Part shown: positions 36,764 to 48,715 of the stretch, piece by piece
Layout of the letters: every line of letters starts with the position of its first letter
Numbering within the stretch: position 1 is the first letter of the stretch
NCBI RefSeq assembly: GCF_003918875.1
Contig: NW_025767036.1
Coordinates: 744,001-808,000 of the forward strand
Source of the DNA: Haliotis rubra
Taxonomy: Eukaryota
Direction: 5' to 3'
DNA length: 64,000 nt
Notes under the pieces: generated by a model
The model's input: the letters and a program-made list of their open reading frames with translations, nothing else
Database searches by the model: none
What the model was told of the DNA's origin: nothing
Translations under genes and position numbers: made by a program

Positions 36764-38113
36764 TGTGACAGTCACATATATTTGTGTTACTGTCAAATAA
36801 ACCATACACTGTACACCACTGTAATTAGTATTAGTATTAATAGTGACATTAGTATTTGCGTTAGTATTAGTACTAGTTATTAGTATATAGTGAATATAGT
36901 ATTGGTATTAGCATTAGTATTAGTTATTAGTTTTAGTTATTAGTTAGTAGATATACATATCAGTTATCATTACGGGTATGAAGGATTTTAATTAAGAGGT
37001 GATACTACACCTTAAATAGTTTAACTTGGATATGCTTGGGTCAGTCACTTACCTATCACTTCCTTTTGTTTAAACCAGGGCAAATATTCTGGCTGAGTGG
37101 CTGACCCTATTGTTCTTAGCTTGCATGCTTTTAACCCTCACCTGCACCTTAGTTACTGGACAGAAAAGTCACCAACAGACTGCAGCAAGTGTACTAATTT
37201 TAGTTACTTCACTACTGTCAAGGTATGTTTGTTTAAATAAATACATAAACATATATGTGTATATCTTTTCATAAATAAGGTTATATAAACATTATGTTAT
37301 GTATGCTAAATAAGGTAATTTGTACATTTGTGAGAGGTTTAGTCAATGGCAAAATCTCCTGGATAGGCAGGTATTTGAATGAGTATTTTGATTTATAAGT
37401 TTATGAAGCTTTTATCATGTATGTGTTGTGTATGTATGTGTATAATAGTATTAGGATGTTTGGTATTTTACTGTGTGCTATGCCAGATCTGTAAATATGT
37501 GCTTACAGTAATTCTGATTTGATGATAATATTTACGTGTGTAAGGATGTTGTGTAGAGAAGTTAGTTTTGAATTATTTCCACATTTGCAGGTATTTTCGG
37601 TGCCACTGTAGCCGTGACCATGTAGTTGTGGAAAACTGTAGTGTGACATACACCTAGAGGCCATACTTCTGGTATGTTGTATATTTTCATCACGTTAATA
37701 TATACCAGTATCTATTGATGACGTTTTACACACAGTAAGATGTGTGTATATTTCATATATTCTATATTTACTACTACATATCTGGACAACTGTAATTCAG
37801 GTTGTTGTATCTTACTTGTCAGTATTGTGTAGATGCTTGACTATGTTGCAAGGACACTAATATAACACTATGTAGTGATTCTATATTTACCGTCTTTATT
37901 TAATGATGCATATGATGTACGTGTTACGGTGTTGTCCATACTTTTGTTTGCAAGCCAAATGAATTATGCTCGGATACTGTTTATTATCCTCATCATTGTT
38001 ATTGTGTATTTCAGGGTGTAAAACAATGAACTAAACCCAGTCGTCGAATAAATCGAATCACACCCGTAGCTGTGTTGTCACCTTTATCAAGATGCACACT
38101 TGAAGCTGCTACA
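36764..38113 (+). mobile_element. Probable solo LTR (1350 bp) of an LTR retrotransposon
   Basis: TGT...ACA termini, 4-bp TSD TGAG (36760-36763, 38114-38117), AATAAA about 65 nt before the 3' end, internal (TATTAG)n and splice-like signals. Confidence 0.7.
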
Positions 38114-39277
38114 TGAGTATATATTTGTTTCATCACTATTGTAACTGAACAATGGTGTTTGTACACAAGTCGAGTATGGAACAGACAATCCAGTGATTGT
38201 CACCATGCGATACGAGGACAGAGCATGTGTTTACGATCACTGTGAAATGGGGATGATACCAGGTGTTCGTGAAAAGGTGAGGAGCGTATCCTGCCCCATC
38301 GGAGACGCCCGTCATAAACATGTGCAAACTCTTGTCACACAGTATTGATTAATAGTAACCTTCAACGCTGCATGGTTCTCAGATTCTCTTGTGAATCTCT
38401 ATTACAACACAATAACGAATGGTTCCGTGTGCTTGTAAAGATTCAGGACTACTTTCTGAAAATGAATTTCTCTTTTAAGGGACCGTTTTATGGCTAGGTG
38501 GATGGGGGTGATTGTTGGGTGGTGGGGGTTTGGGGCGATGATTTTTATGGAGTAGCATGTATAATGTGTATATAGCCCCAAGGATTTATGTACAAAGCAC
38601 CTCCCCCCACACACACACACAGACACAAACCGTAAGTCATGTATAAAATCAATTACCCCTCCTTCCCATAATTTTAAACATATTTTTTTAATATTACCAT
38701 ATACAAAATAGCTGACCCCCTAGACCGTGTGTACAAAATTGATAACAATACCTACTTTCCCAGAACAAAATGGGTGACCCACCGTTACAATCACCCACCC
38801 TCCAACCATATTGTAGTTACGGTCCCGAAACTCGCGCCAGTGTCCAAGTTTACAACATGGGAAACTGTGTAAAACTAGTTTCAGGAACTTCCGCGCATCT
38901 GACGGAACAGCGAAGACAGTTGTAAATATACACAGTATATACAATATACAATAGTACGCATTCCGATTTTGAATTCAATGCCTAGCCTACGGTGAACACC
39001 AAATTCTCACGGAGTTGTCCGAACTTCATTCCCGACTAATTATTAATAATTATGTTTTACAGATTAAAGATAGTATGCAGCAGAGAGTGTATTATCATTA
39101 TAAAATCTCCAAAAGAAATTATCATGAACTGTATTATGGTGTTCATTTATAGAACACAGTCACACAATTACCATACAATCGCTAAAGGATCACCAAGCTC
39201 AATGTGCATTATACATATGTGGTCCAGTAATTTTATTCCCAAAACAATAGTGCGGGCATAAAGAAAACACCCCGGCT

Positions 39278-39440
39278 GTGGGTGGTGTAGCCTAGTGGTT
39301 ACAGCGTTTGCTCGTCACGCTGAAGACCCGGGTTCGATTCCCCACATGGGTACAATGCGTGAAGCCCATTTCTGGTGTCCCAAGCCGTGATATTGCAGGA
39401 ATATTGCTAAAAGCGGCTTAAAACTAAACCCACTAACTCA
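39278..39440 (+). mobile_element. SINE family A (tRNA-derived, ~165 bp). Further copies at about 4357-4565, 9420-9530, 10896-11000, 15611-15740(-), 16197-16420, 17392-17533, 22166-22272, 26897-27035, 28305-28455, 35920-36030(-), 41219-41340(-), 52208-52375 and 63204-63340
   Basis: A box (TAGCCTAGTGG), B box (GGTTCGATTCC), body CACATGGGTACAATGTGTGAAGCCCATTTCTGGTGTCCCC and (ACTC)n tail. Confidence 0.9.
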
Positions 39441-41383
39441 TTATCACATGGAGGATTTTGATTCGTTAAAAACGTTTTCTTAGTTGCCCACACTGTACGC
39501 TTCCTGGTTCTCGATCGTGATGAACCCCGTGAAGGGGAGGAAGGATATTTGATTCGCAGAAAATTTCGATCGATTAAAAGGTGATATGAGGATGGTGTCA
39601 CGCCATATAGCAAGATGAGTAAACATAACGTTTCCTTTAATAAGGATAATGTGTTATCACACCACACCATCTATTTTACATCCCTGACATTGATTGGCAT
39701 CATATGTCAGATATGATATGGAGGAATTAGTGTCATGGCATGTCACTGAACGTGCCACAGAGCAAAATCTCAGATAACCATCTCATTTGGATACTAATGC
39801 GACCCGTGAATATCCTGGTTAGAATTGATCTTCATTACTAATAATAATAATAATAATAGTCCATTTATATTGCGCGTTTATCCATGCACATTGCATGCTC
39901 AAAGCGCTGAGATATTACCCCTGGTCAACGAGTACAGAACACTCCATGTGGAGAATACAACCGGTCGCCTGTCAGGCGCTCAAGGTTCAAATTCAGACTA
40001 CCATCGTATCATACCAGGTACCCAATTTTACTGTTGGGTGGACAGAGGCAATTTTGAACATATTCACTTGCATTAACCCATGTTTGTCGTTAGAGGCTAC
40101 AAACGGGATCGGGTGGTCAGGCTCTCTGACTTGGTTCATACATGTCATCGTATCCCAATTGCAAAGGTCGACGCCCATGATGAATCACTAGATTGCCTGT
40201 TTCAGACTCGAATATTTACAGACCGCCGCCATATAGCTGGAATATTGCTAAGTGCGGCTTTAAACAACAAACCAACCAACCAACATACTAGTGCATAAAT
40301 TTACATTCTAAAGCATAAATATTGCATCCACGATTTGTAGCTAAAATATCTAAATCTGTCGCACAGTCCCTGAATCGCAGCATTTTCGTTTATGCTTCTA
40401 AAACTCTAAATGAAGCAAGTCTAGATTTCCTAGTGCTACATCTCCCATTTGACTTGGGATCCAGTTCAAAAATGATTTTTTTCTATCCACTTTATATATA
40501 TTCAGAGACTAAGTTTTAGTCTACTGTAATGGTGCTGGTTATATATGTTACAGGGAATGTGTGGAACCAGTGATTTCACGTAATACCTAAAAGAGTCAGT
40601 GATTTCATGATTACAACCTGGAGTACGTGACATCCCTGGTTTCACACATTCCCTGTTACATATATACATGTAACACCAGTATATACACACTCCTACTTGA
40701 ATAACGCTTCATCAGGTCTTTGTTTGTTGGATTAACCCGTTACTTATCATTCTACCACGACTTTATCAAATACCCGATTGTGATTGGTTATTTAAAGTCA
40801 TTCAGAGGTATATAATCACGTTATAATATGCCGGTTCATTCGCGTTACGGCGCCATCAATTCAGTAAAACATGTCTCTGATTTTCAAACACACTAGGTTT
40901 ATCTCCTAAATAAACAAACATTGAGTATTAGTAGTATTTTATCCTATTCGGCCCCGGATACAATTTCACAGGTAACAAAATAAGGGATTATAGGGGATTA
41001 TCACACCCCAGTGATTTCTTCTTCTGAAACAATAGGAGTTGGGGAAGTGGGAAGACCCCACAGTGTTAGTGCTTGCTGTTTGGTACAATTGTCCCAGATG
41101 TGACAACAATAGTCGAAAATAGGTAAGATATATTGTTTGTACATTGTTTGTAAAGTTCTACGTGAGAGACGATATTTAAAACCTCTAAGACAGTTTACAA
41201 TGGGTGCAACTGTCTTTTCAGCAATATCACGGCGGGGGACACCAGAAATGGGCTTAACACATTGTGCCCATGTGGGGAATCGAACCCGGGCCTTCGGCGT
41301 GACGAGCCAACGCTTTAACCACTAGGCTACCCCACCGCCCAGGTTGTGGTCGAAGTAACGATAATATTGTAAGTAGTATTATA

Positions 41384-41735
41384 TTGACACCCGCCTCGCT
41401 GCCACGAGCGAAATTGTTATGTTATACGCTATGTCATGCAAAATCCTATTGGCCATCAATAAAATACATATTTTACTACCGGTGAAAAGTAGTTTTGATT
41501 TTGTAACTCGGTGAAAACAAACCTAAATACCATTTATCCTCAGACTGGCGGATGTTCCCGACAGGGCGCCGCCATTTTTAAAAATAAAAAAATCTGTTAG
41601 AATTAATTAGATTATAGTTTGTTTTCATCAAGTTAGAAAATCAAGACTACTTTCTACTCGTAGTTAAATATGTATTGGAATCATAACCAAACGGATTTTG
41701 CATGACACAACTTATAACATAACGATTTCTTCCAC
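41384..41735. repeat. Degenerate inverted-repeat (fold-back) element
   Basis: GTTATGTTATACGCTATGTCATGCAAAATCC and GGATTTTGCATGACACAACTTATAACATAAC are imperfect reverse complements. Confidence 0.65.
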
Positions 41736-43439
41736 GGAAGCGAGGTGGAGGTCGAAGTCACAATACTGCGCGATAAATTTCTTGCTACATTCCCATGGTT
41801 AATGTCCACTAACCAGTATGTAGATACTAGTCAATGTGCGTCTTTATATTTGTAAATATAATCCTAATTAGTTTATTATCATACATGTATGCATTTTGAA
41901 ACTAAATAAAAACAGAAGATCTGCTGATACTTATAGTGAATTTATAACAGAACTGTAATATCTAGACATTTTATAGTTTGCCAATGTGAATCATAATTCG
42001 CACACACACCCTAGTTGCATGTTGTCTGTCTCATTACCTTTCACGGCGAAAACAATGATTCTGTTGAATGCTACGACAAATGAATAAAAACAAAATGCAA
42101 ATATTAAAATTAAAACAGATTAAAGTTATAGGAACAATATCAGGCCATTACCTTGTTCGAGGAATGTATCCATCAATATCCACAAAACTGTTCCAAATGA
42201 TGTGTCTTTTAACAGTTTAATATACGAAAAAGTGATAAATCTTTTCAGGTATTGGTGTATAGTCTCATTGGTCACCCAAGATAGCACACCTGGCAACTAA
42301 TTGCATAATGTCCGCCTTTCTTTAACAACAGTAATTTAGTTAGCCAATAATGGGCAATCAATCAGTGTGTTGCCGGTTAATCCTTTGAAAGAAGGACGTT
42401 GTTTTTACGCAGACACCGACACGACAGAGTGTATTCAGTATAGATTAGTAAATCTACATACATAAACACTACCTTTTGACAATTCCGCTGTGTAAGATAA
42501 AAGTAATTAATCAATCAGCGTGTTATCGGTTAATCCTTTGATCGATGTTTATAATGTTGAATATTTACTCCAGTCACAAGAAATGCCAAATGTGAACCTT
42601 TGTCGGGTAATCTAAGTATGTTACCACTAATTATACTTGTTATAAATTCATTAACTGACCATCAAGTGAATGATGACAAATAACATGTGTAGGTTTATAC
42701 CACCTAACACGGGTTACAACAAGGGAGTATTAATTGCTGTATTGCATGTGAAAACTTATGGGCCGACACTGTTTTGAGAATACAAACAGATTTTTACATG
42801 ACATGATTAAATATCGAGGTAAAAAAACACAGAAATGGGATCAATTTGGATCAGTCATTATGCAAATAGGGCCTAATGACACCAATCGATTTTGACAGAA
42901 TCGTCTATGAAAACAAGTTGTAACTCGGAAACTAGGCAAAGCAGGAGACAAAATTAAATGACAGTAGATTGTGAGAACATATAGCTTTCATTTTCCACAA
43001 CAATTGTCACGATTTCAGGTTTATACAAGCCTGTAAACAAGATAATTTAACCCCTAAAATGTAGATGAATTCTACATCGGCCCTCAAAGCTATTCCTAAA
43101 ATGACGTCACAGAGGCGCGCCGCTCTGATTGGTTGAAATTTCGTTCGCGGGTGAGAATTGTGCACTGTTGTCAAAAAGGTCGATTTAAGTCAATTAAAGG
43201 TCGAAATGAGTAGTTTTAATGACGGGGTTTCATTTATAACGATGCCAGTTAGTGATTTATGTATTTGTACGCAAGTTTCAAAGCGTACGAAGCCCTTTCA
43301 GCATACTCGATGACAGAGACGTGCCCGGTGTCAAATCTGGTCTTCAAGTCATCCAGTTTCTTTGAAGGTCTTGATACTTCTTCTTTTTAGGAGGGGGGGC
43401 TTTGTGAAGCGGTGTATTGCACCAAATGCATTTCTGTTG

Positions 43440-43610
43440 TCTTGTGTTTCTTCATCCTTCACCGTTCCCTTACAGTCCTCCGTGGTGCACCTCCAATAAT
43501 CAACATGAAATTTTGCTTTTCGCTTACTTATACAATACATATAATTTCCAACACAGAGATATCTGCCATCTCTACAAGTGGAAAGATATTTGTACTTGTG
43601 CATTCGCCAT
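43440..43610 (-). pseudogene. FLYWCH-like zinc-finger fragment, probably a Mutator/MULE transposase remnant
   Basis: KYLSTCRDGRYLCVGNYMYCISKRKAKFHVDYWRCTTEDCKGTVK fits the G..L...G/N.Y....YWRC...C.G pattern. The terminal His ligands are not evident. Confidence 0.6.
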
Positions 43611-44770
43611 GATAGGGGTGGTGAACTTCGAAACAGGCCATTTATAAGAAACATAAATTGCCTTGCTATCATAGTTAATTGATATAAGCTCACGATGACA
43701 CATACTTGAAAAAAGTTCACTAAAACAAAACACATTGATGATTTAATATGTGTTTACCACTTCCATTTCGATTAGGTAAGTCGATAATCCTTTCGTTAAT
43801 CCCTTACACAAATATTACTAAAACAACACCAAACATCAAAGACTACCGCCAGTCGCCTTAACTCGAATACCCGAAACGAAAATGTCGCCTTAGCGCGAAT
43901 ACCCCAATATGCCTCTGATTTTCAAACACAGTATTTTTCATTCCTAAATATACCTGCTCTGTCTGTATTTAAAAAAATCTTAATAGCACGGTTATGGTAC
44001 GCGTTCTGCTTTAGATAATCCAGTGATTGGCAACATGGTAATCTGTCAACACACTTGGGATACGATTCCATGCCAGTATGACAAGTATATCAAGGAAGGC
44101 GATAATCTATGCGAGAGCTTCAATCCATCGACCAATGCTACTTGTGAACCTCCGTGTTCAGCAACCTATACCAAGAGGTGACTAACATCATCAGGCTCGC
44201 TGAATTTCTTTCATGCCTGTCAAGGTAACACAATTGCATAGACTGGTGCTGACGATGTCAATCACTGGATTGTCTGGTCTAGACTCGATTATTTACAGAC
44301 CACCGCCATATAGCTGGAATATTACTGATTGTAACCTTAAACCAGGGAGACTCTATAAGGTAGAGTATCCCTGCTTAAACGAACACACATCGACCAACTG
44401 TTTTCTTATCAGCTTGTTATACAATCTCCACGACAAGTGTCTTAATGGCTTTGTTTATTCACATAAAGAGCCACGTTGCCCACCCAAACAAAAGTATGTC
44501 AATCGATAGTTTGAGGAAACATATTAAAAGACAGTGATCTGTCGTTTGATTGGTCTGCACCTTCCTCAACATGAAATGTAATCACATAAAAGGATTTGTA
44601 AAAGCCAGCTAAGAATTTCCTCCCGACAGTCGGTGGCACTGTGACAACAAAGAAACTGTCGACTTGAAACACACAGACTAACCAAAGGTTGTACTTGTAA
44701 GTATTGTTAACTTTCGCATTCACTCAGGCATTCCTTTCCTGAATCAATTCAGCAATTCCTGCCACATATA

Positions 44771-46306
44771 AACTCAGGGGCATAAGAAACGCTGGTTTTA
44801 TAAACGTTGACACAGTTTTAATCTACACCTAAAATCATGGTTAGAGACATTCTGATAACATTCTTCCAAACGCAACAATCATTACTTTGGCCTCGTGGTG
44901 AATCTGCATCACGATTTTTCTGTGAAATATGGGTTGTTCGGTTTTTTCGAGAAAATGCATAAGAAACATTCTGTGCAAGGATCGGGTATAAATCATGCCC
45001 AGAATCCTTCCTTGGCATTGAATCGTTTAGATTTCACCAACAAGAATGCCACGTTTGACGTCTGAGCAGCGAGAGAGAGCGATAGGGATGTTGCAGATGG
45101 GGGCAACTCAGGCCAGAGTTGCACAAATCATGTGTTGCCACAAAACCACAATTGAGAGGCTGGTGAAACGTCTCAGAGATACTGGTCGGACATCAGACAG
45201 ACCACGAAGTGGAAGACCACGGGTGACCACGGCCAACGAAGACAGCCATCTTCGTCTGCTGCACCTACGTAACAGGTTCCTCACTGTGACGTCATCAACA
45301 CGTGATTCTTTACAACACCCCGTCAGCAGGAGGACTGTAGCCCGACGTCTCCGCTATTTTGGTTTGAGAGCTTACCGGCCCTTTAGGGGAATGACCTTGA
45401 CCCGGCAACATCGGCTGAACAGATTGAGGTGGGCTCGTATTGTGCAACGCTGGCAAAGACGTCATTGGGACAGAGTGCTGTTTTCGGATGAAAGCAGGTT
45501 CCAGCTGTACAGTGCTGACGGCCGAGTGTGAGTTTACCGGCGGAGAGGCGAACGAACGTCACGTTGCTGCGTCCAAGAAGTGCATCCACATGGCGACGGT
45601 GGTGTGAGGATCTGGGGTGGCATTTGTGGTGACACTAAGACCGACTTGGTGGTTATAAATGGTACCCTCAACGCTGACCGCTACATCAACCAGGTATTGA
45701 CACTAGTCGTGCTTCCATTCCTGCAGAATAACCCAAGAACGCTGTTCCAATAGGATAACGCCACTCCACATAATGCACGTGTTACCCGAGAATATTTCAA
45801 TGTCAACAACATACAAGTTCTTCCGTGGCCAGCCAGATCCCCTGACATGAATCCCATAGAACACCTCTGGGACCATCTTGGGAGACGGATTCGGCAACAT
45901 CAGCAACGTCCACATGACAGACAGACGTTGACGCAGGCACTGCAAGAAGAGTGGCGTCACATCACTCCAGCCATTGTGAGGAGACTAGTAACGTCTGTAC
46001 GACGTCGCGTCGGGGACTGCATACTTGTTAGAGGTGGACACACTCGCTATTAATGACGGAATGTGACTTTAACGGATTTGTGTAATGATAACATGAAATG
46101 GAATGTGAACGAATTACGGACAATTCAACACCTGTTACAAGAATGCTCACTGTTCTTTACAATGTCATCGTGTGGTTGTTAAAGTCGGTCAACCTGATGT
46201 TAATTGTTGTGTCTGTGAAATAGAATGATATCTGTTGCCATACCTTGTCATATGTTTTTATTGGATGCGAAAATTAGAAGCCAGCGTTTCTTTTGCCCCT
46301 CAGTTT
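44771..46306 (+). mobile_element. Tc1-family DNA transposon, full length; transposase 45046-46053 with two in-frame stops
   Basis: TIRs AACTCAGGGGCATAAGAAACGCTGG / CCAGCGTTTCTTTTGCCCCTCAGTT. The TA duplication is confirmed by the empty paralogous site CACATATATTATC at about 749-761. Motifs FSDESRF, Q*DNATPH, DMNPIEHLW. Stops at 45529 and 45751. Confidence 0.96.
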
Positions 46307-46779
46307 TATTATCAACGATAAAAGTGAAATCGTGATGAATAGAGGTTTACGGTAAAGAATATCTGAATGTTTGAAAGTATGAAAATTTTCTTTAGTTGCT
46401 TGTATTGTATATTGTTTCCGGATATTGTATATCTGACCATAGACTAACAACTAGTCTGTGAAAGGAACATATTTTACAGAAAAAAGGCTCATAGTTAAAA
46501 AAAAATCAAAATATCAAAAAAGGAGCCTGAGACTTCCTAAAGCTGTGGAAATCTAGACTTGCCACATTTTCTAGACTTGCGTGGGATTTCTTGGATATAT
46601 TTGATTCAGGGTCTGTGTGACAGACTTATAATCTGACCACATAAGCTGACATCGTGTAATGCAAGAACAATATAAAATGTTGATTGTATTGTATGGTGCT
46701 CAAGGGAATATGATTAATATATGCATCATATCTGTATAATCACGATGAATAGGACATTTAATGTCATCAATGTATGAAC

Positions 46780-47402
46780 ATGACATAACTGTATTTAGGA
46801 ATGCAGGCATATTACCATGACATATCTGTGTTATCAGGAATGCAGGGATAGTAACATGGAATATCTGTGTTATCAGGAATGCATGGTAGTAACATGGAAT
46901 ATATGTGTTATCAGGAATGCAGGGATAGTAACATGGAATATCTGTGCAATCAGGAATGCAGGGATAGTAACATGACATATCTGTGTTATTTGGAATGCAG
47001 GGATAGCACCATAACATCTGTGTAATTAGGAATCCATGGGTATTACCATGACATATCTGATTGTTTGATGGGCATTCTAGAAGTTGGTGACTCAAAAATG
47101 ATACACAGTATGTTAATCTGCTGTTGTCAAGCATACTGTGTATTATACCCTCTACATCTGGTTGTATTTACTTTTAGCTTGATAAAGATGTAGGAATCTA
47201 CACCGAAACGTCGCTCTATGCAATAAATAAGAAGTTGTCATCCATAAAGTTGTATGTTTCATTTATGACATATCTGTGCAATCAGGAATGCGGGGATATT
47301 ACCATGATATATTTGTGCAATCGGGAATGCAGGGATATCACCATGACATATCTGTGCAATCAGGGATGCAGGGATATCACCATGCAGGGATATCACATAT
47401 CT
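46780..47402. repeat. Second locus of the 39-bp minisatellite (46780-47060, 47265-47402)
   Basis: Same unit as 1230-2654. The second array has only about 3 units. Confidence 0.92.
47176..47215 (+). ncRNA. Minimal type I hammerhead ribozyme motif, second copy
   Basis: AGC-TTGATAA-A-GATGTAG-GAAT-CTACACC-GAAAC-GTC-GCT. Confidence 0.65.
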
Positions 47403-48715
47403 GTGTTAATAGGATGGATGTGTGTTATTAAACAACCAATGTCACCTCTGGAAAAAAAAATAGAAACTGAAATGCAGAAACCCGCGGCTAAACCTTGATA
47501 AACCGAACTGGTGAGGACTGAATGTGTTCTAATGCTTAGGTACAGTCCGGGTCTTGTCTCCAACCAAAGAACGACCGCTCTGTGATCGCATCGAACGATG
47601 CTAAAAGATCCAAAAGGACATTAAGTGTGAACTGTTAGCAACATTGATATTGTCATGGATACACTCGTACATTTTAGAACATATGGGACAGGCTGGAAAC
47701 CCGGGTTATTAACCTATTGCTTATTCAGAATAGCTTTACAATGTCTTATGTGTGTTTTGACAAGGATAATGTTTTTTATTGCGAATATAATTCTTTTTAT
47801 ATATACTGATGTTTTTCATGTGTGATTCTATCTGTATTGCCCTTGTGGTCTAAAGGATAGAGTGTTTTCCCGGAGAGCGGGAAGTAGGTGTTTCGATCCC
47901 ATAACCGCAGTATACAGAAATTAGAAGGTGGTACATGTTGTTACCCTGACGCAAAGCATTAAGAGGATACAACAGGGACTGTCGGGAGGGCTCGCTGTAT
48001 CTGAGTTGGATACTAATGTTAACCTACGACACGTAGCTATGGTAAACGCGACGTTAAAATCTGTTTTCATCTCAACCGAGTCTTGTAACAGAAATGTTGT
48101 GCTGCAGCGCTTTTCAGATTGAAAGAATGTTTGAACTCTATGCATATTCCCTTACACTGTATGTGCTATTATATATTGGACAAAAATAGTTAGGGATATA
48201 TCTACAGTTTGAAATTATGAATAAGGATCTATTTATTCATTGTCAAACTGATAAAATATCAATCATAAAAATACCAATACCCCTAACTTATTTTTTCTAG
48301 TATATATTTACATTTTGCGAACATCCATAGACATGCCTTTCACATATTAATGTTAATTATATTTAACCTAGTATGATTATATATTACTTAAAATGCAGTC
48401 ATTTGCCCTAACAATCTCACTGACTTGGTTGACACATGTCATCGTATACCAACTGATCGATGCTCATGCTGTTGATCACCTCCTTGTCTGGTCCAGACTC
48501 GATTATTTACAGACCGCCGTCATATAACCGGAATATTGGGAGTGCGGCGAGCAAAAACCCAACTCAATCCAACCCAACCAAACCAAACCCAACCAAACCC
48601 AACCTAACAATCGCCTCTTTTCCGTTCTTTTCAGTTGCCAGTTCCATGTCATATATGGTCAACCTGTCCAGATTCCTCTGAAAGATTTCATCTTGAAATA
48701 CAAGCTTGTTCAACC

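Noticed and set aside
48635-48715. N-terminal 27-aa extension of TLR-C from a TTG start
   Set aside because: It begins exactly at a splice acceptor. ATG 48716 has a strong Kozak context and starts the signal peptide.
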